DNA of 64,000 nt. Source: an uncultured Bacteroidales bacterium (lineage in GTDB: Bacteria > Bacteroidota > Bacteroidia > Bacteroidales > UBA10428). The stretch covers positions 719,900-783,899 of the forward strand of contig CAVPIY010000008.1 of assembly GCA_963705125.1 (NCBI GenBank), read 5' to 3'. Positions within the stretch are counted from its first letter, which is position 1; every line of letters starts with the position of its first letter. A program made the translations under genes and the position numbers. This document shows, in pieces, positions 36,772 to 47,430 of this stretch. Under the pieces are notes generated by a model. The model saw only the letters and a list, made by a program, of their open reading frames with translations, had not been told where the DNA came from and searched no databases.

Positions 36772-38310
36772 TTAATAATGCAAAATAAATCTCCCTGTTA
36801 AATCCTTCTTTTTCTGTTGTGAGATCCTCACAAAGTACATCCCCGGAGACAGTGCTTCATCCAGTGCAATTTCAATCCTGCTGGTAAGGTATTCATTTGA
36901 TTGATGAGTAGCATTTTGTACTTCATTACCATGGATGTCAATAACAGAAACCTCGAAATAATTTCCCTGAATGGGACTTTCGACTGATAAAATCAACTTT
37001 CCGGCAACCGGATTGGGATAAATGGTGAGGGTTGATGAATTTAGTTCTGTTAGCAAGCTCGGCAGGGCATTATACCTGAGTTCGAAAATCGACTGAACTG
37101 TATCATTCTGGCAATCAATTCCAGTAACGCGTATCCTAAATACATCAAGTCCTGTCATGCCGGGGGCCTTCCGGATGAATAGTGAATCATGACTGATGGT
37201 GAAGAAACTATTCTGCAATTCACTGGAATCAGGTGTTAAATAATAGTTTAATAGTAACGGATGGGAGTTATAAAATCTGCCTATGAAGCTTCCTGGTTGG
37301 ACATCTGATTGAATCTCCTGTTTTGTCAGGGATAAGTGTTTGGGAATCCGGAAAATGCTGTGATAGGGTAAAATCCTGTCAGGCATACGGCCAAATCCAT
37401 GGATTACAAGTTTATCGGGGTATATCTCCAGTAAGCTGAAAGTATTGTGCTCATATGTATCTAGCATGGCTGCCTGCGTCAGATAGTGGATTCCCTTTTG
37501 AAAGCCATAATTGCCTTCATGAAAATGGCCGTTGATATATGCCACTACATTCGGGTATTCTTCGATCAGCTGAATGACCTCCGCTTCGTTCCAAAGGTTC
37601 AGATATACACTGTCGGGATAGACTGGAAAATGGCAGAACAGGATAACCTGCTGACTGCTGTCAAGGGCGGTTTTCAACTGATTCCTGATCCAGCCTCTCT
37701 GTTTCCTGCCGATGCCCCCATTCCAGGGCTTGTTGGTGATTTTATCCTGAACCTGCTGGATAAGACTGTCACCTTCACCGGCGAGTTCCGGATGAAGGCT
37801 GCGTGAGTAAGTGGCAAGCTCGGTTCCGTCGAGTACCAGAAACTGCCAGTTTTTGTAATTGAATCCGTAATAATAGTCCGGCATTCCGTAACGGGATAAA
37901 ATGAACGGCTTCAGGCTATCTGGTATTTCCTCAAATTCGTGATTACCAAGAAGATTGTAATAAGGCATTGTCAGTTTATTATAGAACCGGCTTACCGAAT
38001 CGTAGCTTACCGCATACCGGTCGATCATGTCACCCAGGTTCATGACAAAATCAACGCCCCACCTGTTCATTGAATCGATTGCCACAGGAAGCTTTTTTAA
38101 AACCTCCCGGTATATCCGGGATCCTGAGGGATCGCAATCACAATACTGGGGATCACTGATAAGCCCGATTTTCAGAACCGGGGTCTCAGGACAGGGGGGA
38201 GCAAGCAAGGTATCAGCAGCCCATTCAAACGGACCGTACCCCTGGGGGAAAGCGCCTGCAAACGATAAGATCAACAAGGCACAAGCCGAGATTTTCCTGA
38301 ATGCTTTCAT
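36772..38310 (-). CDS. calcineurin-like metallophosphoesterase with a T9SS C-terminal sorting domain
   Basis: 512 aa with a signal peptide. It has the motifs GDMID, GNHE and NGHFH. The C terminus (TIYPNPVAGKLILS...GMYFVRI...GRFILHY) matches the Por secretion tail. Confidence 0.8.
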   Translation of the reverse strand: MKAFRKISACALLILSFAGAFPQGYGPFEWAADTLLAPPCPETPVLKIGLISDPQYCDCDPSGSRIYREVLKKLPVAIDSMNRWGVDFVMNLGDMIDRYAVSYDSVSRFYNKLTMPYYNLLGNHEFEEIPDSLKPFILSRYGMPDYYYGFNYKNWQFLVLDGTELATYSRSLHPELAGEGDSLIQQVQDKITNKPWNGGIGRKQRGWIRNQLKTALDSSQQVILFCHFPVYPDSVYLNLWNEAEVIQLIEEYPNVVAYINGHFHEGNYGFQKGIHYLTQAAMLDTYEHNTFSLLEIYPDKLVIHGFGRMPDRILPYHSIFRIPKHLSLTKQEIQSDVQPGSFIGRFYNSHPLLLNYYLTPDSSELQNSFFTISHDSLFIRKAPGMTGLDVFRIRVTGIDCQNDTVQSIFELRYNALPSLLTELNSSTLTIYPNPVAGKLILSVESPIQGNYFEVSVIDIHGNEVQNATHQSNEYLTSRIEIALDEALSPGMYFVRISQQKKKDLTGRFILHY

Positions 38311-38320
38311 TTATTTATAT

Positions 38321-38338
38321 ACCCTGACAGGGTGGTTT
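38321..38338. repeat. second copy of the accctgacagggtggttt palindromic element
   Basis: This is an exact 18-nt match to 36747-36764. It lies in the 30-nt gap between the lepA stop and the next start codon. Confidence 0.8.
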
Positions 38339-38340
38339 TA

Positions 38341-40128
38341 TTAATCCAGTTTCAATACAGCCAGAAAGGCTGACTGGGGAACTTCAACATTACCAATCTG
38401 CCGCATCCGTTTCTTCCCTTTCTTTTGCTTCTCCAACAACTTCCGCTTCCGGGTAATATCACCCCCGTAACATTTAGCAGTCACGTCTTTTCTTACCGCC
38501 TTAACCGTTTCACGGGCAATAATTTTGGCTCCTATGGCTGCCTGAATGGCTATGTCAAACTGCTGACGGGGTATCAGTTCCCGTAATTTTTCGCATATTT
38601 TCCGGCCAAAGGTATAGGCATTGTCACGGTGGATCAATGAAGACAAAGCATCCACCATATCTCCGTTCAGGAGGATATCCAGTTTTACCAGGTTCGCGGG
38701 TTTGTACCCGGTGTAATGGTAGTCGAATGATGCATAGCCCTTGGATATGCTTTTCAGCTTATCGTAAAAATCAAATACAATTTCAGCAAGGGGCATTTCA
38801 AACCGGAGCTCGATCCGGTTGGTGGTAAGGTAGATCTGGTTCTTCAGCACACCGCGTTTATCAATGCAAAGTTTCATGACAGGACCCACGTAATCGCTCT
38901 GGCATATGATCTCAGCCTCAATATAGGGTTCCTCGATAACATCGAGATAGGTCTGCTCAGGCAGGCCTGAAGGATTGTGCACATCAATGGATTCACCCTT
39001 GGTTGTGATGACCCGGTATGAAACGTTAGGCACCGTATTGATCACATCCATGTTGAATTCACGGTCGAGCCTTTCCTGTACGATCTCCATATGGAGTAAT
39101 CCCAGGAAGCCGCAACGGAAGCCAAATCCAAGGGCCGCTGATGATTCCGGAATGAAAGACAGGGAAGCATCGTTCAGCTGCAGTTTTTCAAGGGAAGCGC
39201 GCAGTTCCTCATAATCATCCGCATCAATCGGATAGATGCCGGCAAAGACCATGGGCTTCACTTCAACGAATCCTGAAATAGCCTTCTCACAGGGATTGTC
39301 ATATTGTGTGATTGTATCGCCTACTTTAACCTCTTTGGCCGATTTTATACCCGAGATTATATATCCTACATTCCCCGCCTGTAATTCTTTACAGGCTTCA
39401 AAACGCAATTTCAGCACCCCGATTTCATCTGCAAAATAGTCTTTCCCCAGATTGACAAATTTCACATGATCACCGCTCCGGATCGTACCGTTCATAATCT
39501 TAAAATAGGCATAAATTCCACGGAAGGAGTTAAATACAGAATCAAAGATCAGGGCTTGCAGCGGAGCATCCGGATCTCCCTTAGGGGGGGGTATCTGCAT
39601 AATAATCCTTTCAAGAATGGTCTCCACACCCATGCCGGTCTTGGCACTGGCTTCAATGATCTCATCGCGCCTGCATCCGGTAAGGTCAACGATCTGATCT
39701 TTTACCTCTTCGGGCATGGCGCTTGGCATATCCAGCTTGTTCAGCACCGGAATGATTTCAAGTGCATGGTCGACAGCCAGATAAAGGTTTGAAATGGTCT
39801 GGGCCTGAATGCCCTGTGTTGCATCCACCACCAGCAGAGCTCCCTCGCAAGCTGCAATGGCACGTGATACCTCATAAGAGAAGTCAACGTGCCCTGGTGT
39901 ATCTATGAGGTTGAGTATGTAATTATTCCCCTGATATTCATACTCCATCTGGATGGCATGGCTCTTGATTGTTATGCCTCTTTCCCTCTCCAGATCCATA
40001 TTATCAAGTACCTGATCCTGGAAATCCCTTTCTGCAAGCGTATGCGTGATCTGTATCAGCCGGTCGGCCAGTGTACTTTTACCATGGTCGATGTGTGCGA
40101 TAATGCAAAAATTGCGGATAGGGTTCAT
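38341..40128 (-). CDS. lepA: translation elongation factor 4
   Basis: 595 aa. [32 protein letters not shown] and the LepA-specific C-terminal domain are present. Confidence 0.95.
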   Translation of the reverse strand: MNPIRNFCIIAHIDHGKSTLADRLIQITHTLAERDFQDQVLDNMDLERERGITIKSHAIQMEYEYQGNNYILNLIDTPGHVDFSYEVSRAIAACEGALLVVDATQGIQAQTISNLYLAVDHALEIIPVLNKLDMPSAMPEEVKDQIVDLTGCRRDEIIEASAKTGMGVETILERIIMQIPPPKGDPDAPLQALIFDSVFNSFRGIYAYFKIMNGTIRSGDHVKFVNLGKDYFADEIGVLKLRFEACKELQAGNVGYIISGIKSAKEVKVGDTITQYDNPCEKAISGFVEVKPMVFAGIYPIDADDYEELRASLEKLQLNDASLSFIPESSAALGFGFRCGFLGLLHMEIVQERLDREFNMDVINTVPNVSYRVITTKGESIDVHNPSGLPEQTYLDVIEEPYIEAEIICQSDYVGPVMKLCIDKRGVLKNQIYLTTNRIELRFEMPLAEIVFDFYDKLKSISKGYASFDYHYTGYKPANLVKLDILLNGDMVDALSSLIHRDNAYTFGRKICEKLRELIPRQQFDIAIQAAIGAKIIARETVKAVRKDVTAKCYGGDITRKRKLLEKQKKGKKRMRQIGNVEVPQSAFLAVLKLD

Positions 40129-40154
40129 GGGAAATCATTATACTTTAAAGGACA

Positions 40155-40162
40155 CAAAGATA
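40155..40162 (-). promoter_or_regulatory. Bacteroidota -7 promoter box (TAnnTTTG) upstream of lepA
   Basis: The minus strand reads TATCTTTG, 27 nt upstream of the lepA ATG. This is a motif match only. Confidence 0.35.
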
Positions 40163-40257
40163 TTTATTTGGGGGTAAATAAAAATAACATTTAACCGAAC
40201 TTGTGACAGGCTGAATATTCATTTATCTTTATAGTCTATTAGCCCAAAATTCGTGGT

Positions 40258-40731
40258 ATGACAAGCAATATCAATATTATTCCCTGTGATTTCAACAATC
40301 CGGAACATTGTGTCGCCCTTGTAAACCTGATGAACGAGTATATCACGGATAAGATGGGTGATGGTATTCCATACACCGATGAACAAAAGGTTCAACTGGT
40401 TGAGGGACTGCGGAATCATCCTTCAAAGCTGGTAATACTGGCACGATCCGGAGCCGAGTATGTCGGGCTGAGCATTGGGTTTATCAATTTTGCCACCTTC
40501 ACGGTAAAACCCTATATCAATATCCATGACCTGATCGTGATCAATACCTGGCGAAATAAAGGAGTCGGACGGAGGATGATTGAAAGAGTCATTGAAATAG
40601 CTGAAGAAATGGGGTGCTCCAAAGTTACGCTTGAGGTCCGGGATGATAACCACAATGCCAAACATCTTTATAACAGCCTGGGCTTTAACAACGCTAAACC
40701 CCCCTGGTACTACTGGGCAAAGTATTTATAA
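40258..40731 (+). CDS. GNAT family N-acetyltransferase
   Basis: 157 aa. WRNKGVGRRMIE... fits the Q/RxxGxG/A acetyl-CoA motif, and the LYNSLGF tail is present. Confidence 0.8.
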   Translation: MTSNINIIPCDFNNPEHCVALVNLMNEYITDKMGDGIPYTDEQKVQLVEGLRNHPSKLVILARSGAEYVGLSIGFINFATFTVKPYINIHDLIVINTWRNKGVGRRMIERVIEIAEEMGCSKVTLEVRDDNHNAKHLYNSLGFNNAKPPWYYWAKYL

Positions 40732-40784
40732 GGATCAGATTCTGAAATAATATAAACAATGTTTTTCATTTTAACCGGATTGAT

Positions 40785-41660
40785 ATGGATGAGAAGTTGA
40801 TACTTGATTTTACTCCTACCGGAATGATTCCCACCAAGAGTATGACGCCTCATGTACCGATCAGTGTATCTGAAATAGTGGAGGATGTTCATCTTGCCTG
40901 TGAGCTCGGCATAACCAAGGTACATTTGCATGCCCGGGATTCCGCGACGGAAAACCCAACCTATAAGAAGGAGGTTTATGCTGAAATAATTGCAGGGATC
41001 AGGAAATACGCCCCTGGTCTGGTTATTTGTGTTTCATTGAGTGGCAGAACGTTCAACAAATTTGAGGAGCGATCAGATGCACTTGATCTGGAAGGAAACC
41101 TGAAACCCGATATGGGTAGTCTCACGCTCAGCTCACTGAATTTCAATAAAATAGCCAGCATAAACTCACCCGATATGATTCAGGATCTGGCCGCCAAAAT
41201 GAAAAGGCTTGGCATCGTACCGGAGTTGGAGGCTTTCGATGCCGGAATGATCAACTATGCAAAGTATCTCCATGCGAAGGGTTTGCTTGATCCGCCATTC
41301 TATTTTAATCTCCTGCTGGGGAATATTGCCTGTGCACAGGCGGATATCCTTTATGCCGGCATCATGATCCGGGATTTGCCGGAAAATTCCATCTGGAGTC
41401 TGGCCGGAATTGGTGATCAGCAATTGAAAATGAATTCAGTGGCAATTGCCATTGGCGGGGGCGTGCGGGTTGGACTTGAGGACAACATCTGGTATAATAC
41501 GGCAAGAACCACACTGGCACGGAATATTGATCTGCTGAAGAGAATACATGTCATTGCAGGGGCGAACGGGCGTGTTGTAATGACACCCGAAGAGTTCAGG
41601 CATAAAATGAAAATGGAAAATGGTTTTGGCAAATATGGTTGTGCTGTATCAAATAGCTGA
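40785..41660 (+). CDS. beta-keto acid cleavage enzyme (BKACE / 3-keto-5-aminohexanoate cleavage family, DUF849)
   Basis: 291 aa. TPTGMIPTK...PHVPISVSEIVEDV..A.ELG...VHLHARD and the later GGGVRVGLEDN match the BKACE TIM-barrel signature. Confidence 0.75.
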   Translation: MDEKLILDFTPTGMIPTKSMTPHVPISVSEIVEDVHLACELGITKVHLHARDSATENPTYKKEVYAEIIAGIRKYAPGLVICVSLSGRTFNKFEERSDALDLEGNLKPDMGSLTLSSLNFNKIASINSPDMIQDLAAKMKRLGIVPELEAFDAGMINYAKYLHAKGLLDPPFYFNLLLGNIACAQADILYAGIMIRDLPENSIWSLAGIGDQQLKMNSVAIAIGGGVRVGLEDNIWYNTARTTLARNIDLLKRIHVIAGANGRVVMTPEEFRHKMKMENGFGKYGCAVSNS

Positions 41661-41666
41661 AATACA

Positions 41667-42320
41667 ATGCATAATCCTAAAAAGAGAAAAAAAGAACTGT
41701 CCCTGATGCAGAAAATCGGCATCAAAATCCGCTATGGGATGGTGTTGCAGGTAATCAAGAACAGGATTGGCAGGCTTGGAATAGAGATTGTGCCCTATTA
41801 TTTGTACCTGGAAGAGGTTACTGTTGTTGCAGAAATGCCTAAGATCAAAGGTAATGTTTCAGATTATCGGTTTGAGTTTCTTGGACAAGCCGATATGAAA
41901 GTAATCGCTGAAAACAATTCAGGGTACCATAAGGAGGACTACATGTCCTTTTTGGCTGCAGGGCAAATTTGCCTTGGAATGAAACTTGGTGATGAGATTG
42001 CAGCTTTCATGTGGATTAATATAAAGGAACGTGGATTTAAAGAAACCATCATCCCGCTTAAAAGTAATGAAGCGTACTTGTGGAACATGTACACCATGGA
42101 ATCATTTCGTGGAATGAATCTCGCACCCTACCTACGTTACAAAAGTTATGAGGTATTGAAAGGGATGGGACGCGACCAACTGTATAGTATCAGCGAGTAT
42201 TTTAATACGCCGGCAGTTAAATTCAAGCAGAAATTGAATGCCAAAAGAATTAGACTGGGTTTGTACGTTAAACTATTTAAAAAATACCATTGGGATCTAA
42301 CATTAAGATCCTACTCATGA
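41667..42320 (+). CDS. hypothetical protein, possible GNAT-fold acyltransferase
   Basis: 217 aa, starting 6 nt after the BKACE gene. The segment ...AAFMWI........YLWNMYT...FRGMNLAPYL... resembles a GNAT core but lacks a clean motif. Confidence 0.35.
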   Translation: MHNPKKRKKELSLMQKIGIKIRYGMVLQVIKNRIGRLGIEIVPYYLYLEEVTVVAEMPKIKGNVSDYRFEFLGQADMKVIAENNSGYHKEDYMSFLAAGQICLGMKLGDEIAAFMWINIKERGFKETIIPLKSNEAYLWNMYTMESFRGMNLAPYLRYKSYEVLKGMGRDQLYSISEYFNTPAVKFKQKLNAKRIRLGLYVKLFKKYHWDLTLRSYS

Positions 42321-42370
42321 CATAGATGCTTCGCTTCACTCATCCTGACACCTATAGGAATATTTTAAAA

Positions 42371-44797
42371 TCACTCATGTTTCAAAGCCAGTCCCGGGCT
42401 GGTATTTGCTGCCAGGTAAGCCTGATATAATATCGTAAACAGGGAAATAAGCAGGATGGCGGCAAAGGGTATAAAGAAATACAAGGCATTCACGTCAATT
42501 TTATAGGCATAATCACCAAGCCAGGATTTGATCAGGAAATAAACCCCAATCCAGGCTAAGCTAGATGAGACAAGCACAAGGAGAATAATCTTCCTGATCT
42601 CATAGAGCATGATTATATGTACATCAGCACCAAGGGCTTTTCGAACACCGATCTCAAAACCTCGCCTGCTATAGGTATAGGAGGCCAGTCCGAACAGTCC
42701 AAGGCAGGCTATCAGCAAGGTTACCAGGGAGAGGATGGAGAATATCCTTGCAGTTTCCTGCACGCGATCATAGCGGCTTTGCAGATCATGGTCCAGACGG
42801 AAATATACAAAAGGATAGGCACTGGTGAAGTTTTCCCATGATGTTTTAAGCTGCCGGATTACCGGTTCCGGATCCCCCGGTTCTAATCTTACGGCAAGGT
42901 AACCTTCAAAATTGCCGGGCATCAAAACCATCACCAAAGGCATGATGGGATTTTCAAGGACTTCAAAATTAAAATCTTTCACAATACCTATAATTCTGAA
43001 TTCATGCGTTTTATTTGGTTTACCGGTTGGCTGCATGAGGATTTTACCCAGCAGGTCAGATCGGCCAAGCTTCTGTGCCATGGATTCATTGATCACGCAT
43101 GTCCCGGAATCCGAAGGCTGGGATTTTTCAAAGAACCTGCCCTGGCTTATGGTGATTCCAAAGGTTGAATCAAAGCCGTGGCTGACCAGATAGGTGGATG
43201 CAGAATAATTATGTATGGCCGGAGCCCCTGCCAGATAATAGGGCGCTTTGGAGGAGGAACTGCCAGGTATGCTGGTGCTGTTGGAAACAGAGATCACGCC
43301 AGGGATCCTGCTTATCTGTGTTTTTAAATCTTCCAGTCTGTTCTTAAGACCATCGGGACGTCTGATAATTAAAAGATCTTTCTTATTAAAACCCAGATCC
43401 TTATCAATCAGATAGTGGTACTGCCCTGATACGATACCCGTCATGGTAATGACGCCCATGCTGATGAAGAGCTGGAAGAGGACAAGTCCTGAACGGAAAT
43501 GGTTTTTCCCGGAAAACCGTTGGGGCTGGTTTCGCAATACAGACTGTGGCTCGAAAGAGGAGAAATGCAAGGCCGGATAAAGTCCGGAAAAAATGCCAAT
43601 GATCAGGATCAGGCCGATCATAAGCAGAATGCCAGAAGAATTCAAAAGTTGGGAAAGCCTGAGATCGAGCATCATATAGCGGTTAAAAGCGGGAAGTGCC
43701 ATTTCGGTTATAAACAAGGCCAATGCCATGGAAAGAAAGGCCAGCAAGGAAGATTCGACAAGGAATTGCCTTACCAGGATGTTCTTTTCCGATCCGGCAA
43801 TCTTCCGTATGATCACTTCCCTGGCCCGGCTTGCAGACCGTGTTGTTGCCAGGCTAATGAAATTGATGCAGGACAGAATAAGGATGACGATGGCAAGCGC
43901 GGTGAACAGGTAAATGTAAAGGATATTGCCCACCGGTTCAAATTCCGCAGAAAATGAAGATTTCAGGTGGATATTGGTGAGAGGCTGTATAACAAAATTG
44001 TACGTGTCCCTGCTGCTGTCAGCCGTTTCAGGAGAAATACCTAAAAATTTCTGGTAGTCGGGCAGGACATATTTCAGGACAAATGATTGTAAAGGCGCTT
44101 CCAGCATCTCTTGGGAATAACCCTGTTTTGCGAGCATGTAGGTATACATGTAATTTGCAATCCAGCGATTATCAAGCAAGAACTTATCGAATGTGTTCAG
44201 GGACCCCACCATATCAAAATGCATATGCGAATTTGCCGGGATATCTGCCATTATTCCTGTCACCCGGTAATAAACGGAATCATTTTCGATCCGTAACAAT
44301 TTGCCTAAGGGGTCTTCATTTCCAAAATATATCTGCGCAACAGACTCACCCAGTACAATGCTATTGGGTTCCCGCAAAACTTCACCGGCCTTTCCCCTGA
44401 TCAGCGGAAAAGAAAAGATGTTGAAAAACGAGGTGTCTGCAAAAATGATATTGTCTTCATTATACCTTGCATTCCCATATCTTACAAGCCATGCGCCGAA
44501 TCGAGCCACCCTTACGGAATTTTCAATACCCGGCATTTCACGGATCAATGCTCCGGCAAGTGGCGCGGGAGTAGTCGCATGGTTGAGGATATTGTCAGAG
44601 ACTTTTCCCTTCACACCGATCCGGTACAAGCGGTCAGCATTTTTATGAAAGCGGTCGTAACTGGTTTCCTGGTGTACATATAGGAATATGATTATGCTGA
44701 AAGCCAGGCCAATGGCCAGTCCGAAGATATTGACCAGCGTATGAACACTGTCCCTTATCAATATCCTGTATGCTACTTTAAAAAAGCTGCTGAACAT
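42371..44797 (-). CDS. ABC transporter permease, FtsX/MacB-like (double FtsX domain)
   Basis: 808 aa from ATG 44797 (MFSSFFKVAYRILIRD...). The layout matches 7442..9859. No ATPase gene is adjacent. Confidence 0.85.
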   Translation of the reverse strand: MFSSFFKVAYRILIRDSVHTLVNIFGLAIGLAFSIIIFLYVHQETSYDRFHKNADRLYRIGVKGKVSDNILNHATTPAPLAGALIREMPGIENSVRVARFGAWLVRYGNARYNEDNIIFADTSFFNIFSFPLIRGKAGEVLREPNSIVLGESVAQIYFGNEDPLGKLLRIENDSVYYRVTGIMADIPANSHMHFDMVGSLNTFDKFLLDNRWIANYMYTYMLAKQGYSQEMLEAPLQSFVLKYVLPDYQKFLGISPETADSSRDTYNFVIQPLTNIHLKSSFSAEFEPVGNILYIYLFTALAIVILILSCINFISLATTRSASRAREVIIRKIAGSEKNILVRQFLVESSLLAFLSMALALFITEMALPAFNRYMMLDLRLSQLLNSSGILLMIGLILIIGIFSGLYPALHFSSFEPQSVLRNQPQRFSGKNHFRSGLVLFQLFISMGVITMTGIVSGQYHYLIDKDLGFNKKDLLIIRRPDGLKNRLEDLKTQISRIPGVISVSNSTSIPGSSSSKAPYYLAGAPAIHNYSASTYLVSHGFDSTFGITISQGRFFEKSQPSDSGTCVINESMAQKLGRSDLLGKILMQPTGKPNKTHEFRIIGIVKDFNFEVLENPIMPLVMVLMPGNFEGYLAVRLEPGDPEPVIRQLKTSWENFTSAYPFVYFRLDHDLQSRYDRVQETARIFSILSLVTLLIACLGLFGLASYTYSRRGFEIGVRKALGADVHIIMLYEIRKIILLVLVSSSLAWIGVYFLIKSWLGDYAYKIDVNALYFFIPFAAILLISLFTILYQAYLAANTSPGLALKHE

Positions 44798-44982
44798 GAA
44801 ACCTGATGTATTTTGAAAAAGACTATGTCCAATGACATTACCCAAGTTTTATGCCAATTGCTATATAAATAACATAACCAGCTGTATACATACGAAATAT
44901 CTGCCGGAAAGCATGATCCAGGGTGTACGGTTTTGATACAGCGGGTGTACGAAAACGGATAATTAATCCGATAATCTGATTG

Positions 44983-45270
44983 CTATTCTGCTTTATCCAC
45001 AAACCGCAGATTATAAAAGCTTACCAGATTGCTGTCAATGACAAAGGTATCTCCGGGGGCCCACTGTTCAGTGTATCGCCTGCCTTTTAAATAGTAATAG
45101 CGGGTGCCCTGCGGATTGCTGAAATATACCTTGTTTGTCTTCACGGATTGCACCAGCAATACCTTTTGCCGGTATAATGCATAATGGGGTTCCTCGATCT
45201 TATCCGAAACATGCTGAATTGTCCTGCATGAAAAAAAAATCAAATACAGGCTGATGACAAGATGCTTCAT
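44983..45270 (-). CDS. small hypothetical lipoprotein
   Basis: 95 aa with a lipobox-like LIFFSC. It starts 14 nt downstream of the redoxin gene stop on the same strand. Confidence 0.45.
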   Translation of the reverse strand: MKHLVISLYLIFFSCRTIQHVSDKIEEPHYALYRQKVLLVQSVKTNKVYFSNPQGTRYYYLKGRRYTEQWAPGDTFVIDSNLVSFYNLRFVDKAE

Positions 45271-45283
45271 GATTCAGGACTTG

Positions 45284-46528
45284 CTAATAGTATCTTCCGA
45301 TCAGGGGGTGTTCCACGATCTTTTGCTTCAGCTCCAGGAGATCCACGGCTCCCTGTACCGAATATATGATCCTGCCTCCGGGTTCTACCAGCATAGTGTA
45401 AGGAAGAGCCCCATTCCAGGCAGGGTCTAGCGCTTCAATGAGGGCATATTTGTCATCCTGGTTAAAAATATAGTTCTTTACAGCAGAATGTCTGGATTTG
45501 AGGAAGTCCAGCACCTTTTCGGGATCGTCAGGTTTATCTGCTGACAGGGAGATGAACTCAAATTTCCGGTCGCCATACATCCGTTGTAATTTCACCAGTT
45601 CGGGATATTCAATAACACAAGGCCCACACCAGGTTGCCCAAACGTTTATCAGTCTGATTTTTTCGGATTTGTTGGCCAAAAGGTCTGCAATACTGGCTTT
45701 GCTGATCTTTTCGAGTGTAACCGGCCTGTTATTCCAGTCATTGTTCACTTTTTCTGTCCATTCGGTTTTCCATGCCCATTTTACTGAACATCCGAAGGAC
45801 TTGTTTTCAGGATTTTCCACGGGTTTGCCGGCAAGAATTGCATCAACAGCTGCCCTCAGGTCCCCGGCATTAGCGGTACCCGGTTTTTCAGATGCATCCA
45901 GTCTGCCCACATAACATAGTTCCCTGTTCTTATTGAAAACAAAGGCATGGGGGGTAGCTGTCGGGCCATATTGTATTGAGACAGCTTCATTGTCACCGTC
46001 ATATAAGTACGGGAAATTGAAATTCTTTTCTTTTGCCCGGATGGTCATGCTTTCATAGGTATCATCCAGGTCGCTGTAACCGCATTCCTCGAGAAGCAGG
46101 GAATACGCACTGTTGGGCATAATGGCCACAACCGATACACCCTTGTCCCGGTAATCGGAAGTAAACTGAATGATCCGGTCCTCATAGGCCTGGGCAGTAG
46201 GACAATGATTGCAGGTAAAGATGATCACCATTACCGCAGATTCTTTGAAATCATCAAGCTTATATAACCTGCCGGATACATCAGGGAGATTGAAATCCAC
46301 CGCCTTATCTCCGATTTTCATTGTCTGAACATCCCTTTCTTCAATTTTCTGGGGATTGGGTTTGAATCCAACCGCTGAAGTATCCTGGTCCCCAGGCGCA
46401 GTTGCTTTTTTACCCCTGTTGGGATTGCAGGAAAGCAGGACGGCGGTTACAAGCACCATCACGACAGAGCTTGACCGGATAAAATATCCCGGGAGGCGCA
46501 TCATATTGGTTTTTTGATGACTTTTCAT
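45284..46528 (-). CDS. tandem thioredoxin-fold (TlpA/redoxin-like) lipoprotein
   Basis: It has two Trx-like halves with CNHCP and WATWCGPC active sites. The signal/lipobox is ...VTAVLLSC. I chose the start at MKSHQK (the ORF maximum extends to 46591), so the start is uncertain. Confidence 0.7.
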   Translation of the reverse strand: MKSHQKTNMMRLPGYFIRSSSVVMVLVTAVLLSCNPNRGKKATAPGDQDTSAVGFKPNPQKIEERDVQTMKIGDKAVDFNLPDVSGRLYKLDDFKESAVMVIIFTCNHCPTAQAYEDRIIQFTSDYRDKGVSVVAIMPNSAYSLLLEECGYSDLDDTYESMTIRAKEKNFNFPYLYDGDNEAVSIQYGPTATPHAFVFNKNRELCYVGRLDASEKPGTANAGDLRAAVDAILAGKPVENPENKSFGCSVKWAWKTEWTEKVNNDWNNRPVTLEKISKASIADLLANKSEKIRLINVWATWCGPCVIEYPELVKLQRMYGDRKFEFISLSADKPDDPEKVLDFLKSRHSAVKNYIFNQDDKYALIEALDPAWNGALPYTMLVEPGGRIIYSVQGAVDLLELKQKIVEHPLIGRYY

Positions 46529-46609
46529 GGAACTCAGGTTTGAATTTATTCCTAAAATTAATCTAATTTTAAAATTCATACCCGTGTGCAACTCTAAATA
46601 AAAATATCT

Positions 46610-47407
46610 ATGAAAAGAAATTGTTTCTTAAATGTACAGGTATCTGTTCTTCTGTGTTTTGCATGCGCAGGCTGGGCACTTGCACAGAATAGCCTGACCG
46701 ATGAGCAGATCCTGAAGATCTATGATGGTCTCCGTGTGGCTGATGTTTGCGATGGAATGGATATGGTTGGTTTACGTGATGCGGGCACCATGGATGCAAG
46801 TATTGAGCCCTTATGGCGGGATACTGAGGATTTCAAACACCGATTTTGCGGGATTGCCGTTACAGCCAGGTATGTCCCAACCAACAAAGTAGTAAAAAAT
46901 CCCATGTCGAAAGAAGAGTTCCAGCAATGGGAGGGCAGCTGGTATAACCAGGTTTCGCCTGAACCATTTGTACCCTTCCTGAAAGAAGGATCGGTTGTGG
47001 TCCTTGATGTACAGGGTGACGGAGATGTGGGCTCAGTGGGATCGAACAATGCTTTATCCTGGGTAAGCAAGGGAGCCAGGGGCGTTGTATCCAACGGCGG
47101 AATCCGGGATATTGATGAAGTCATCAAAGAAAAAATACCGGTTTATCTGGACTATTCGGAAAGGGGCAGGGGAATCCGGCCGGGCAGGAATGAAATTGAA
47201 TCAGTTAACAAAGCTGTCACCGTCGGTGGTGTTCTTGTCCGGCCCGGTGATGTAGTGGTGGCCGATGGCGATGGGGTTATTGTTGTTCCCAGGGAATATG
47301 CTGAGGAGGTTGCCGGGTATGCTACCGAAATCCTGAATGGTGATAAGGCAGGACGACGCAGTTTATATGAAAAGTTGAATATACCTCTGGACAATACGGT
47401 TAAATAA
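46610..47407 (+). CDS. RraA/DlpA-family protein (aldolase/decarboxylase fold) with an N-terminal signal peptide
   Basis: 265 aa. GSNNALSW..KGARGVVSNGGIRD and GDVVVADGDGVIVVPRE match the RraA family. The N terminus (MKRNCFLNVQVSVLLCFACAGWALAQ) looks like a cleavable signal peptide. Confidence 0.65.
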   Translation: MKRNCFLNVQVSVLLCFACAGWALAQNSLTDEQILKIYDGLRVADVCDGMDMVGLRDAGTMDASIEPLWRDTEDFKHRFCGIAVTARYVPTNKVVKNPMSKEEFQQWEGSWYNQVSPEPFVPFLKEGSVVVLDVQGDGDVGSVGSNNALSWVSKGARGVVSNGGIRDIDEVIKEKIPVYLDYSERGRGIRPGRNEIESVNKAVTVGGVLVRPGDVVVADGDGVIVVPREYAEEVAGYATEILNGDKAGRRSLYEKLNIPLDNTVK

Positions 47408-47430
47408 TAAACAAAAGCAGGATCAGCCTT

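Noticed and set aside
43499-43957. 152-aa plus-strand ORF inside the second FtsX permease
   Set aside because: It is antisense to a gene with clear FtsX blocks. Its Gln/Lys/Gly-rich low-complexity translation is a mirror of the TM-helix codons.
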